64,000 nt of DNA, from the sequence record OP555980.1; one strand, written 5' to 3'. Positions 9,591 to 19,690 of this stretch are shown piece after piece. A program made the position numbers and the translations under genes. The stretch comes from Escherichia phage vB_EcoM-UFV06. Numbering within the stretch: position 1 is the stretch's first letter; every line of letters begins with the position of its first letter. The notes beneath the pieces were generated by a model, which saw only the letters and a program-made list of their open reading frames with translations, searched no databases and was not told where the DNA came from.

Positions 9591-11404
9591 TGGTGTTTAA
9601 CCCTATGCATGATTTCTTTATTTTTGCCGAGATTAAATCCGCGTTCGTTCGGATTTCCCAAATAACCACATGTTCTTCTTATTGTGTTCATCTTTTTAGG
9701 ATCAGTTTCTCCACAAATAGAACAAACAAATCCGTTTTCAGTAGGAGTCATTTCATGGGTACTTCCACATGTAAAACATTTATCTACTGGCATATTAACA
9801 CCAAAATAATCTAAATGTTGTGCAGCATAATCCCATACGGCCTCAAGACCCTTTAAGTTATTTTTCATATCAGGAAGTTCAACATAAGAAATGTGGCCGC
9901 CTGTCGCAATGAAATGATATGGTGCTTCGCGAGAAATCTTTTCAAACGGAGTAATATTTTCTTCTACTGAAACATGGAAACTGTTAGTGTACCAACCTTT
10001 ATCGGTAACATCCTTTACACTTCCATATTTTTCGGTATCAAGTTTACAGAAGCGATAACAAAGGTTTTCAGCAGGAGTAGAATACAAACTAAAAGCAAAC
10101 CCAGTTCTTTCAGTCCACTGTTTAAGACGAGCATTCATTTTAGTTAAAATTTCCTGTCCAATATCACGACCGACAAGAATATTCAATTCGTGAATACCAA
10201 TGTATCCTAGAGACACTGAACTTCTGCCATTTTTAAATAACTCAATTATATCGTCATCAGGTTTAAGACGAACCCCGAATGCACCTTCTTGATAAAGAAT
10301 AGGAGCAACAGTCGCTTTAACTCCTTTTAAGGAACTAATTCTACACATCAAAGCTTCAAAACATAAATCCATTCGTTCATTGAATAATTCAACAAATTTC
10401 TGTTCATTGAACTGTGTTCCAATATAAGAATCTAATGCGATACGAGGAAGATTCAGTGTTACAACACCGAGATTATTACGTCCATCAAGAATTTCATTGC
10501 CAGTCGAATCTTTCCATACGCTCAAGAAACTACGACAACCCATTGGAGAAACAGGAATAGATGAGCCGGTGATAGCTTTATTGTTCTTAGCCGAAATAAT
10601 ATCAGGATACATTCTTTTGCTTGCGCACTCTAGAGCAAGCTGTTTAATATCATAGTTCGGATCGTCTTTATAAAGATTAACACCTTCTTCAACGAACATA
10701 ACAAGCTTAGGGAAAATAGGAGTTATCCCATCACGACCAAGACCTTTAATACGATTTTTCAGAATTGCTTTCTGAATCATTCGTTCAGTCCAGTCAGTTC
10801 CTGTACCAAATGTAATTGTTACAAAAGGTGTTTGTCCGTTTGAGCTAAAGAGAGTATTTACTTCATATTCATAAGCTTGGAATGCATCGTATACATCTTT
10901 TTCTGTTTTAGATTGAGCATAATTCAACGCATCAGCGATTTGCCATTTTTCTGCATCCTCAATATGTTTTGCATAGGTGCGTTTAACATAAGGAGAAAGT
11001 ACTTTATCTACATTAGCAAAAGTCGTTCCGCCGTATTGATGGGAAGCAACCTGTGCAGTAATTTGTGCCATAATTGCAGTAGCAACACCGATTGATTTAG
11101 GAGTTTCAATCTGTGCATTACCAAGCTTAAATCCGTTCTCAAGCATTCCTTTTAAATCTACTAAACAACAATTAGTAAATGGAAGAGCAGGGGAATAATC
11201 AATATCGTGGAAATGAATAATTCCGCTTTCATGCGCTTTCATAATAAAAGACGGGACCATATTTTTGGCAATGTGTTTAGACACAATACCAGCCATAAGG
11301 TCCCGTTGAGTTGGAAAAACACGAGAATCTTTATTAGCATTCTCGTTTAAAAGGTCTTTATTAGTTTTATGAATCAATCCTTCAATTTCTTTTTCAATTG
11401 TCAT
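9587..11404 (-). CDS. nrdD: Anaerobic ribonucleoside-triphosphate reductase, uninterrupted
   Basis: 605 aa continuous ORF; C-terminal glycyl-radical motif RRTCGYLG and CxxC...CxxC zinc site. Confidence 0.95.
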   Translation of the reverse strand: MTIEKEIEGLIHKTNKDLLNENANKDSRVFPTQRDLMAGIVSKHIAKNMVPSFIMKAHESGIIHFHDIDYSPALPFTNCCLVDLKGMLENGFKLGNAQIETPKSIGVATAIMAQITAQVASHQYGGTTFANVDKVLSPYVKRTYAKHIEDAEKWQIADALNYAQSKTEKDVYDAFQAYEYEVNTLFSSNGQTPFVTITFGTGTDWTERMIQKAILKNRIKGLGRDGITPIFPKLVMFVEEGVNLYKDDPNYDIKQLALECASKRMYPDIISAKNNKAITGSSIPVSPMGCRSFLSVWKDSTGNEILDGRNNLGVVTLNLPRIALDSYIGTQFNEQKFVELFNERMDLCFEALMCRISSLKGVKATVAPILYQEGAFGVRLKPDDDIIELFKNGRSSVSLGYIGIHELNILVGRDIGQEILTKMNARLKQWTERTGFAFSLYSTPAENLCYRFCKLDTEKYGSVKDVTDKGWYTNSFHVSVEENITPFEKISREAPYHFIATGGHISYVELPDMKNNLKGLEAVWDYAAQHLDYFGVNMPVDKCFTCGSTHEMTPTENGFVCSICGETDPKKMNTIRRTCGYLGNPNERGFNLGKNKEIMHRVKHQ

Positions 11405-11874
11405 TTTAAACTCTTTCTAAGCTGCTTCTTAAATGAAGCTATTAATTGTGTTTTAGTGTCAGATTCATTATATTCAAATCCTCTTTGAAGCATCTCGGCC
11501 ATCATTTCCTCTTTTCCCAAACGAGAAAATTCCTTTGATTTATCTCCAACAAAGTTAGGGTGAATATTATTTTGGGTGTAATCGGATTTTAAATAAGTAA
11601 GTAAATTTTCTAACCATTCAAGATAATCAACACCTTGTCCCTTTAAGCCAGAACGATTAAATTTATGCTTCATTTGACCTTCTGCGGCATTACAGAGATT
11701 ACAAAGCAATCCACGCACCTTTCCTGCTTTCGGTCCATTTAATTCATGGTCATGGTCGAGGTGATTAGCTTGAACATCAGGATTTAGTTCTCGTTGGCAA
11801 ATTAAACATTTACCATTTTGTGCATCATAAAATTTCTGTTTTTCTTCTTTGTATAATTTGCCAGTCAATAACAT
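11401..11874 (-). CDS. 49: Endonuclease VII (Holliday junction resolvase)
   Basis: 157 aa; CLICQRELN...HLDHDHELNG...CNLCN as recalled for T4 gp49. Confidence 0.9.
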   Translation of the reverse strand: MLLTGKLYKEEKQKFYDAQNGKCLICQRELNPDVQANHLDHDHELNGPKAGKVRGLLCNLCNAAEGQMKHKFNRSGLKGQGVDYLEWLENLLTYLKSDYTQNNIHPNFVGDKSKEFSRLGKEEMMAEMLQRGFEYNESDTKTQLIASFKKQLRKSLK

Positions 11875-12091
11875 AATAAACCCTTACCTTAAATAGATAA
11901 GGGTATTTATTATTTTCAAGTATTGTAAAAGGCTCGATGCAATCGCTTATACTGCCGAATCATCTTTTTAGTAGGACGAGAATAAGTTCCTACACAAGTG
12001 GTCATATTAGGGTCGGTAGGACTTCCTTTAATAAAAAGTTTCCAAACCTTACCACCATTTAACTTTTCAGTATAAATCAATTCAGTTTTCA

Positions 12092-12538
12092 TTAAAACGC
12101 TCGGTCAGAAAAAGATTTTTGGGTTTCAAGCCATTCAATATATTCTGCCGCAGCTTGCATCAAATTTCCTTCATAGCCATCGTTATTTTCTTGTGCAGCT
12201 AATTTAGCCAATGCGTATGAAATACGTTCACCTTGAAAATCAGCTTTAGGCTTCTGGACAACTTGATTAGTTCGCTCTACAACTTCTTCAATTTCGCCAT
12301 TTTCGACTGATTCAGTATTCCACAAGCACCAATACGTAATTGGCTTATCGTAGATGTTAATAATCTTTCCATCAGAAAGTTCAATTTCAATAATTCCAGT
12401 GTCAGGCTCTATATCATCTTCACATTCTTTTGCAAGTTCACGAACTTTAAAGACAGTACCTGCACTAAGTTCCGGCCAGTAATTACATAGCCCTGTATCA
12501 GCACGATTAATTCTAAACCACTTATCTACTGTAATCAT
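12092..12538 (-). CDS. Hypothetical protein (possibly pin-like; unverified)
   Basis: ORF immediately downstream of 49 where T4 carries pin; probable ATG at 12538. Confidence 0.35.
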   Translation of the reverse strand: MITVDKWFRINRADTGLCNYWPELSAGTVFKVRELAKECEDDIEPDTGIIEIELSDGKIINIYDKPITYWCLWNTESVENGEIEEVVERTNQVVQKPKADFQGERISYALAKLAAQENNDGYEGNLMQAAAEYIEWLETQKSFSDRAF

Positions 12539-12661
12539 GTCCCATCTCCATATCAATTAAGTCATTTATCGTTGGTTCATTATATACTGTTTCTTCATCA
12601 GTGTAAACCGGTTCTTCCGGCTCTGGCTCTACAGTTTCCCATCTAGCCGCCCACCAAGGTT

Positions 12662-12982
12662 TTATAGCGTAATCCATTCTCGTACTATCTGAGTTACTAC
12701 ACGTTCACGGGGCTCGACTAGTTCAACAGTCGGAACTGCATAATACCAGTCAGAATGATAGGAACCTGACCGAGATTCATTTACAGCCACATGTACATTA
12801 TGTTTTGGACTAAAGTAAACACACTGACGATATTGGCATTTACCATCTTGCACCCAGTCTTCTATTTCGATAGGTTTAAGATAATCGGAAAAATCGAAAT
12901 CATAGTTTTCCGAAAATGCATCATGGTCTTCAATGATTTCGCTCAGAACTGCATCAACATCTAATTTATTTTCAATAGTCAT
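12662..12982 (-). CDS. Hypothetical protein (106 aa)
   Basis: ORF. Confidence 0.4.
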   Translation of the reverse strand: MTIENKLDVDAVLSEIIEDHDAFSENYDFDFSDYLKPIEIEDWVQDGKCQYRQCVYFSPKHNVHVAVNESRSGSYHSDWYYAVPTVELVEPRERVVTQIVREWITL

Positions 12983-13165
12983 TTTTCACCAATTAATTTC
13001 GCAATTTATTAAGTTCTTCATCATCAATCCAGGATTCTAATCCTGATGGCAGGGCACATTCAATTTCCCAAAGAAGTTCTTCAATTTTCTGAAGACGATC
13101 TAGTTCTTCGGCTGGAATAGTAACCATTGACGGAGCTCGTGATACATTAATATCGTAAATCATAT

Positions 13166-13381
13166 TTACCCCAATTTAACCATACAATCGCCGTATTTCC
13201 ACTTAGAAATAGACTTTTCACCATTAGAATAATAAACTTCGAGTTTAGCACGATTATTTTTAATTTGAATAACCTTTGCTGTCATCAAAGTTCCATACCC
13301 ATAATAAACTGCAACTTCATCACCTACATATACCGCGCTTCCGCGGTAATCATGGATATAATCAGTTCCTTCGAGAATCAT
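13166..13381 (-). CDS. Hypothetical protein (71 aa)
   Basis: ORF; stop overlaps the nrdC start. Confidence 0.4.
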   Translation of the reverse strand: MILEGTDYIHDYRGSAVYVGDEVAVYYGYGTLMTAKVIQIKNNRAKLEVYYSNGEKSISKWKYGDCMVKLG

Positions 13382-13641
13382 TTAAAGTATTCTCGCAGTT
13401 GGTCAAATCCACCAATATGACTTCCATCAGGAGCAAATACCTGAGGCATTGTCAAGCCGATTTGAGTATCACGACTTAGTTTAGTCAGAAGCTCAGCGAT
13501 TTTCTCATCATCAAAAACACCTTTTTCCGGCATAATGTTGATAAATTCAAACGGCTGTTTCTTCACGGTCAAAAGACGTTTTGCATTATCACAATACACA
13601 CATTTATGGATGTTGCTATCATAACCATATAATTTAAACAT
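13378..13641 (-). CDS. nrdC: Phage thioredoxin/glutaredoxin
   Basis: 87 aa; CVYC active site; matches recalled T4 NrdC. Confidence 0.85.
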   Translation of the reverse strand: MFKLYGYDSNIHKCVYCDNAKRLLTVKKQPFEFINIMPEKGVFDDEKIAELLTKLSRDTQIGLTMPQVFAPDGSHIGGFDQLREYFK

Positions 13642-13642
13642 A

Positions 13643-13885
13643 TTATTCCTTAATTCCTAGTACTTGTTTAAAAGTCTCGTCGTAATCAAGACTTTGGCCC
13701 GTTTGTTCTTTATGTTTGTATATAATATCACTTACTTCTGATAGCATATTTTTATATGAACGAGTTAAAGCAGATTTAAGCACGCTGTATCTATCAGGAA
13801 ATTTACCGTGTTCATTATAATAAGCTATTGCTAATTCACGGACTGCCTTTTCAGCAGCCTCCATATATTCTTTACGCTTGGTCAT
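13643..13885 (-). CDS. Hypothetical protein (about 80 aa)
   Basis: ATG at 13885 abuts the upstream stop. Confidence 0.4.
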   Translation of the reverse strand: MTKRKEYMEAAEKAVRELAIAYYNEHGKFPDRYSVLKSALTRSYKNMLSEVSDIIYKHKEQTGQSLDYDETFKQVLGIKE

Positions 13886-13886
13886 T

Positions 13887-14276
13887 TTAATCCAAAATAT
13901 TATTAGGCATTGGTTGAACACTCACAAGTTCTTTAAAGAACTCAGTAGAGTCAGGCAATTTAACCATTTCCGGAGCATGCTTACTGAATTTATGTTTACA
14001 TTGACGGCATTTATATTCAAGCTCTGGTTTACGCCAGTTAATCAATTGAACTTGTTCAGTACCGCATTCAGGGCAATTAGGAACGTTTTTAGAAGCTCTT
14101 TCACGTCGTTCAACCATAGCCATAATAGCATCCCATGCTGGAGGTTTAAAATCTAAATCGTCGCAGCCGTGAATCTTTCCACGCATTTCCATATCATCTT
14201 CCTCACCAGCCATAATAATTTTAATTAGACTAGAATTACTTGAAGCTGCAATGTCTTCTAATAAACGCTTTTTCAT
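13887..14276 (-). CDS. Hypothetical zinc-ribbon protein (129 aa)
   Basis: CPECG...CRQC four-cysteine motif. Confidence 0.45.
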   Translation of the reverse strand: MKKRLLEDIAASSNSSLIKIIMAGEEDDMEMRGKIHGCDDLDFKPPAWDAIMAMVERRERASKNVPNCPECGTEQVQLINWRKPELEYKCRQCKHKFSKHAPEMVKLPDSTEFFKELVSVQPMPNNILD

Positions 14277-15199
14277 TTCAATACCTCAATAGCATTACGT
14301 AAACCATTTGCTTTTGCGTTAAGAGATTTTAACAATTTGGTGTGTTCTGCAATTTGGGCTTCAACTTCAATCAAACGGGCATTGAGATATTCGCGTTCTT
14401 CTTTCATAGTATCATTCCCATGATTGGGTTTTGGTGCAGATTTAAATTCACTAGGGTCCTTTAACTTAATAACAAATTTAGTTTCAAACAGTGAAAGACC
14501 ATAATTCGTATTATCATCAAAGGATTTAACTACATCCATATTAGATAATAACTCATGCAAATTATAAGACAAAGAACTAATAGTTTCATTGTGTTTATTA
14601 GCTTCGCGTGGTTTCATATACGGAAGATTTTTATATATCTCATGCGGAGCACAAATGATAATTGACAATTCAAATTGTCCATTCTGGGACGATGGAGTGA
14701 ATTTAGCCGTAACCCAGTCTTTTACATTCACATTAATAGTACGGTTATCACCATGACAAAACAATCTACGAGAATGCTTAAAAAGCATATTCACGTTATT
14801 ATTGAATTCGTGTGAAAATTCACTGGCAAATTTTTCTTTACTATCTTTAGAAAACCATTCTTCTAAATAAGTTCTTTTCACGTCGTTAATAATATTAAAT
14901 GTAACAACATTAGCATTTGATACATTAGTCTCAATGTAGCTTGGATACATAAATTTTTTAACATTATTAACAGCTATCACAGAAGATAGTAATCGGGAAC
15001 GTTTGAACCACTCGAGCAAAGAACCAAGAGAATGTGAATACGCGTTTTGCGTATCTTTACAAATATGGTTTTCCCATCCAATATAGTCTAAAAAATCACG
15101 AAGAATATTATTGATTACTGCTCTGTGTCCTATCTGATAATTACGATGTTTAGTAATAAGACTGTCAAAATAATCAATATAATGTTTACGAGTTTTCAT
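14273..15199 (-). CDS. Hypothetical protein (308 aa) with C-terminal coiled coil
   Basis: First of four tandem 300-340 aa ORFs with heptad-rich C-termini. Confidence 0.5.
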   Translation of the reverse strand: MKTRKHYIDYFDSLITKHRNYQIGHRAVINNILRDFLDYIGWENHICKDTQNAYSHSLGSLLEWFKRSRLLSSVIAVNNVKKFMYPSYIETNVSNANVVTFNIINDVKRTYLEEWFSKDSKEKFASEFSHEFNNNVNMLFKHSRRLFCHGDNRTINVNVKDWVTAKFTPSSQNGQFELSIIICAPHEIYKNLPYMKPREANKHNETISSLSYNLHELLSNMDVVKSFDDNTNYGLSLFETKFVIKLKDPSEFKSAPKPNHGNDTMKEEREYLNARLIEVEAQIAEHTKLLKSLNAKANGLRNAIEVLK

Positions 15200-15253
15200 G
15201 TTCTTCTCACTTGGTTAATGATTTATACTCCGAGCCATCCTTGGCTTTAAATT

Positions 15254-16255
15254 TTACTTAATTAACTGTAAAGCTTGTTCAAGACGATCAAGACGATTAA
15301 CGGATTCTTCCCAAATCTTTTTAGCCTTCTCATATTCTTTCTGTGCTTTATTAGAAATTTCTAGAGCTCCTTTATAAGCTTTTTCTAATGCAATAATTTC
15401 TGGACGAATTTCTACCGGTTCAGGCGAATCATCAAGATTATCCATTAGTTCCTCAAGGGTAGTTTCTTCTTTAGGGGTATTCACAATTTCTTCGCATTTT
15501 TGTTGGTAAATTTCTTTATCAGTCGGTGAATACGCACATTTCACTTCACGAAGACTAACTACAATTTTGTATCCTTCCCAACCACACATATTCTTAAAAG
15601 GATATGTATGAATATTTTCTACTGTTTCCATACAAAGTAATGCAGTCTCTAACTGACGAGTTATAGTGCTAGCAATTGAGAAAAATTTATTAATATTCTT
15701 TTGGTTAGCGTTTGGTGTAAAAAATCCATAATTCACAAAAATAGCTACTTTATTTTCGTCAAGCTCATATTCTTTTACGATAATCATATCAGAAGCCAAA
15801 GGATGAATTTGACGATAATCGCCATAACATAATTTAGAAGCTGATTTTAGAATTTGTCCTTTGAAAAGTCTGAAATTACTAATCCAACGACGAGTAAAAA
15901 TATTCTCAGGGTCTTCTTTATTATTAAGATGATAAGAATTAACATCACCGAACCAATTGTATCCTACTACATTTTTAGTTCGTTTAATTTCTTTCCCAAA
16001 TTTACCAAGAATATCTCTGTTAACTAAATATGAAAGAAGACGAGACCCTTTAAAGGTTTCCTTAATATCATCTTTATCTGCACGACTAGAAATTTTATGA
16101 ACTTCATGAATAAATTTGCTGGAAGAAACAATGCTTGCATCAGTATTATTGAGCCATTGATTGATAATAGAAATAACACTATTCTGACTAGACATAGGTT
16201 TAACTTTATCATCAATAACGCTATTGAATGATTTGATATATTCGTTGCGAGTCAT
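15254..16255 (-). CDS. Hypothetical protein (about 333 aa) with C-terminal coiled coil
   Basis: Probable ATG start at 16255. Confidence 0.5.
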   Translation of the reverse strand: MTRNEYIKSFNSVIDDKVKPMSSQNSVISIINQWLNNTDASIVSSSKFIHEVHKISSRADKDDIKETFKGSRLLSYLVNRDILGKFGKEIKRTKNVVGYNWFGDVNSYHLNNKEDPENIFTRRWISNFRLFKGQILKSASKLCYGDYRQIHPLASDMIIVKEYELDENKVAIFVNYGFFTPNANQKNINKFFSIASTITRQLETALLCMETVENIHTYPFKNMCGWEGYKIVVSLREVKCAYSPTDKEIYQQKCEEIVNTPKEETTLEELMDNLDDSPEPVEIRPEIIALEKAYKGALEISNKAQKEYEKAKKIWEESVNRLDRLEQALQLIK

Positions 16256-16312
16256 ATTAATCTCCTCAGTAGAAAGTAAGAACATTATACCACATCCTTG
16301 TGGCGAAGTAAA

Positions 16313-17332
16313 CTAGTTTAGTGCATTTAGTGCATTGTTCAATTTAGAACGTTGCTTTGTCAGATTTTGAACCCTTGACTGAGCTTGTTCTAACACCTTT
16401 TCAGCTTCTAGCACTTCATTGGTCGCTTTAATGAGTTCAGCATCTACTGCCTTAAGAGACTTCTCAATCGCGTCAGCGTGCCATTTTTCTACAGGTTTAA
16501 AATTTGAATTTTCAGTAGGAAGAAAATTCACTTTATTAAATTTCCATGCATCTTTATTACCTGAGCTATACATCCAAAATTTAGGATCGTTTGATGAGCA
16601 ATTAGATAAATTTAAGTTATCTTGTACTTCCTGCTTTTTCTCTTGCGGGACTTCATCCTTTCTCAAAAAATCGTATTTAAATGAAACGATCATATCAAGT
16701 TCATACGTTGTTGTATGTTCCCAATTTCGCTCAAAATGAGGTAAAATCTTAGACTGAACAGCGGCAACAACATCCATATACTTAAATGCTTCTGTCAACT
16801 GTGATTTAAGGCATTCACAAATTGAAAGAGAATTTTTTGTATTAGGCTTAAAGCTAATTCGTGCAGTTCTATTATTTTCTTTTAACGGTCTTACTTCCAT
16901 CTGAAGAGTATAACCATCAAATTTCAGGTTCTTTAAGTTAATGTCAGAACCTTTTAATCGACTAGCAGTAGACAAAATTTGCTTTAATTGTTTACGGAAT
17001 AAAGCAATAAATCTCCATTCAAGACGATAATGATTTGGATTAAAAAATCCTGTTGATAAATCAACCTTACTCTGACCAACGCCTTGAACAAATAGAGGAT
17101 TTTTATAATCAATAGTTTTACAGAAATCGGTGAGCTGCTCACGAGCAGTCATTTGTGTAATATATCCCGCTTTACTAAAATGACGTAACCATTCACTGCT
17201 ATTCATATACTTAAAGTGAATGGAACTATTAACTCTATCAGGGTCTAAATTATTTTGGCACAAAAATGTCATAACATTACGGGTATAGCTAGCATTACGA
17301 ACCATATCTTCAATTTGAGAACGAGTTTTCAT
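16313..17332 (-). CDS. Hypothetical protein (339 aa) with C-terminal coiled coil
   Basis: ORF. Confidence 0.5.
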   Translation of the reverse strand: MKTRSQIEDMVRNASYTRNVMTFLCQNNLDPDRVNSSIHFKYMNSSEWLRHFSKAGYITQMTAREQLTDFCKTIDYKNPLFVQGVGQSKVDLSTGFFNPNHYRLEWRFIALFRKQLKQILSTASRLKGSDINLKNLKFDGYTLQMEVRPLKENNRTARISFKPNTKNSLSICECLKSQLTEAFKYMDVVAAVQSKILPHFERNWEHTTTYELDMIVSFKYDFLRKDEVPQEKKQEVQDNLNLSNCSSNDPKFWMYSSGNKDAWKFNKVNFLPTENSNFKPVEKWHADAIEKSLKAVDAELIKATNEVLEAEKVLEQAQSRVQNLTKQRSKLNNALNALN

Positions 17333-17340
17333 AGTGTTCC

Positions 17341-18249
17341 TTAAGATTTAAGTAAATCAACAATTTTAATTAATTTTTCACGCTCAGATTTAGCTTTACT
17401 ACTCAATCCAGATAGTCTGAAAATTTCATCGTCATACTGTTGAATAGAAATATTTAGCTCTTCAATTTGCTTATTAAAATAATCAATTTGCTCAGAATGT
17501 TTTTCATTACTGCGAACTGGTATAGGGTTTGTAGGCAATTTAGTTGAACTAGATTCATCCGGGCGATAAATTAAAATACAACTTGAACCAATTGGACATT
17601 TTGCACCAGATGAATATTCTAATGTTCCGGCTTCTTTTAAAACTTCAAAAGCTAAACAGAGATGATGCCCCATATTAACATAATCTGTAGAGCGAGCTCT
17701 GATGTAATAATCATCTCCGCGAATACTAAATTTAAAGCATTTAAGGTCTTCTGTATTATTGGTCTTAAAAATCATTTGTTTATCTAGACCTTTAGCTAAT
17801 CGAGCGCCTAATGCTAATAATCGTCGTTGATTTTCCCACAAATCTGCGATCATTTGGTCAAATGATAATTTCGGCATTAGTCGACCATAAAGGTCATATC
17901 CTTTATTATAATTACGAAGGATTTCACTCGCGTTAATACGAGACAATGCTCCAATTTTATTAAGGGCTTTCATAATGCGATTAGATAAACCCATTCCAGA
18001 CCCGTTTGTTCGCTGCAAATGTTTTTCTAATCCAAATCCAATATCAACTTTAAACTTATCTAAAATTTCTGCATGAACATCTCTGTCAATAACATTCAAA
18101 TCCAAAGTTGGGTTAAATCTATGAAAAAATTTATCTGGCTCTCCACGACGAAGTACAGTCCATTCATTCATTTTTTTATTAACTAAAGATTTAATTACTG
18201 TATTGACATTATTAATTACTACTGACATATTTTCCTCACTCAATTTCAA
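17341..18249 (-). CDS. Hypothetical protein (302 aa) with C-terminal coiled coil
   Basis: ORF. Confidence 0.5.
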   Translation of the reverse strand: MKLSEENMSVVINNVNTVIKSLVNKKMNEWTVLRRGEPDKFFHRFNPTLDLNVIDRDVHAEILDKFKVDIGFGLEKHLQRTNGSGMGLSNRIMKALNKIGALSRINASEILRNYNKGYDLYGRLMPKLSFDQMIADLWENQRRLLALGARLAKGLDKQMIFKTNNTEDLKCFKFSIRGDDYYIRARSTDYVNMGHHLCLAFEVLKEAGTLEYSSGAKCPIGSSCILIYRPDESSSTKLPTNPIPVRSNEKHSEQIDYFNKQIEELNISIQQYDDEIFRLSGLSSKAKSEREKLIKIVDLLKS

Positions 18250-18643
18250 TTTTACTAAATATACAGAATATGATGGAAAAGACTATATAAGCACCACAAA
18301 CAGATTGAACTAATACCATTCCAAAGAACCAAACAATATTATCAAACCATGTCTGTTTTACGTCGAAAGGACGTAAACTTACAGTAATATTATCACCTTT
18401 TTCTATTGAAGAATACATCTCTGGGGAAATATATTCACTAAATCTATAACCGTCTTTGAGTTCATATACAGCAATAAACGATAAACTAGACCCCTTTCCT
18501 TGTGTTCCTGTAATAGTATTAACTACAGTAACATCATAATCTTTATAATGCATATAATCATTAATTGCGTAATAACCATATGCAACTACTACACATAAAC
18601 AACATATCAATAAATTCAATCTTTTAATTATCAACTGTTTCAT
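18236..18643 (-). CDS. Hypothetical membrane protein (135 aa)
   Basis: Hydrophobic N- and C-terminal segments. Confidence 0.45.
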   Translation of the reverse strand: MKQLIIKRLNLLICCLCVVVAYGYYAINDYMHYKDYDVTVVNTITGTQGKGSSLSFIAVYELKDGYRFSEYISPEMYSSIEKGDNITVSLRPFDVKQTWFDNIVWFFGMVLVQSVCGAYIVFSIIFCIFSKIEIE

Positions 18644-18698
18644 AATAATCTCAATTAAAAGGGCTTAGAACCATTATACCATCCTTGGTATAAAGCGG

Positions 18699-19226
18699 TT
18701 ATGCGAGTACCGTCTTTAACCGTTCTTCAAACTTCCGAAGAGTATTCTGGCGTTCAGCTCTTTGCTTTTTGTAAGTTTCAATACGCTCTGAAATGAGAGT
18801 GTATCGTTCATTTACTGATTCTTTCATAAAATCAGGAATTTCACGAGAAGCTTTAATCTCGTCAAATTTATCAATAACAGCTTGCTCTTCAGCAATTAAG
18901 TTATCATACATCAAAATATCTTTCTTGATGAACTCAATATCTTCTTGAGTTACACGAGATAATTTAAATGCTTTATCCTTTTTGTACTGTTCGTTAGTAT
19001 CACGAGACCAGTGTAATGTACGATTTTTATTCGTATTCTTATAAATTTCTACAATACCAATATCATCAATAATAACGATCCAATTCCAACGGGATTTGTA
19101 AATTTGTCCTCCATCAACTGTGATTTCACCTCCGATTGAGATGTCATTAAAGAACTTGCTTTGTGCTTCTGATTTAAATTTACCATCGTTGTAATTTACC
19201 AAGTTGAAAATATCTTTAGCGTTCAT
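18699..19226 (-). CDS. Hypothetical protein (about 175 aa)
   Basis: ATG at 19226 with GGAGG Shine-Dalgarno; the track N-terminal extension is translated promoter sequence. Confidence 0.5.
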   Translation of the reverse strand: MNAKDIFNLVNYNDGKFKSEAQSKFFNDISIGGEITVDGGQIYKSRWNWIVIIDDIGIVEIYKNTNKNRTLHWSRDTNEQYKKDKAFKLSRVTQEDIEFIKKDILMYDNLIAEEQAVIDKFDEIKASREIPDFMKESVNERYTLISERIETYKKQRAERQNTLRKFEERLKTVLA

Positions 19227-19254
19227 TTTCTGTTCCTCCGTAGTTGATAGTTGT

Positions 19255-19283
19255 ATAGTACCACAGAGGAACAGTCTTGTAAA
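19255..19283 (-). promoter_or_regulatory. Early promoter (sigma70-type)
   Basis: Minus-strand TTTACA, 17 bp, TACTAT; member of a conserved repeated block. Confidence 0.6.
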
Positions 19284-19286
19284 CAA

Positions 19287-19601
19287 CTAAAAGAAACTTC
19301 TTTCACAATTTTTTCCACTGAACCACGCGCTCACTGCTTTCTTAGTCTCAGGAGCAGTGTTATCCATAAACCATTCAAAGGCAGCCTTTTTATGATTCTG
19401 GAGGGCTTCTCGGGCTTTAATCTGCTCACGGTCTATTAACACTAACATATGAGCCTTTCTTGTCACCATGGGCTTCTTATGATTTTTTGAATATTCCCAA
19501 TCATTTGTCCATCGCATCGTTGTTGCGAATTGAAGTACAGCTTCTTTAATTTTAGTTTCGTAAATTTCACGAGCCTTTGAGTATAACATTACTACCTCCA
19601 T
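19287..19601 (-). CDS. Hypothetical protein (104 aa)
   Basis: ORF. Confidence 0.45.
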   Translation of the reverse strand: MEVVMLYSKAREIYETKIKEAVLQFATTMRWTNDWEYSKNHKKPMVTRKAHMLVLIDREQIKAREALQNHKKAAFEWFMDNTAPETKKAVSAWFSGKNCERSFF

Positions 19602-19690
19602 TTACCAGTTTAATTCTAGTCATCTTTTTGATGGCAGTCCATATAATCTATTTCTGAACTGCCTTTTTATCTTAGAAGGCCTCTTATGAA

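Noticed and set aside
9587-11404. Search for a group I intron or intron-encoded endonuclease inside nrdD
   Set aside because: The reading frame is continuous and the conserved C-terminus is intact; nothing is inserted.
16024-16739. ORFs 16024..16215 and 16419..16739 nested in or antisense to the large hypothetical genes
   Set aside because: Nested or antisense, low-complexity, no start context.
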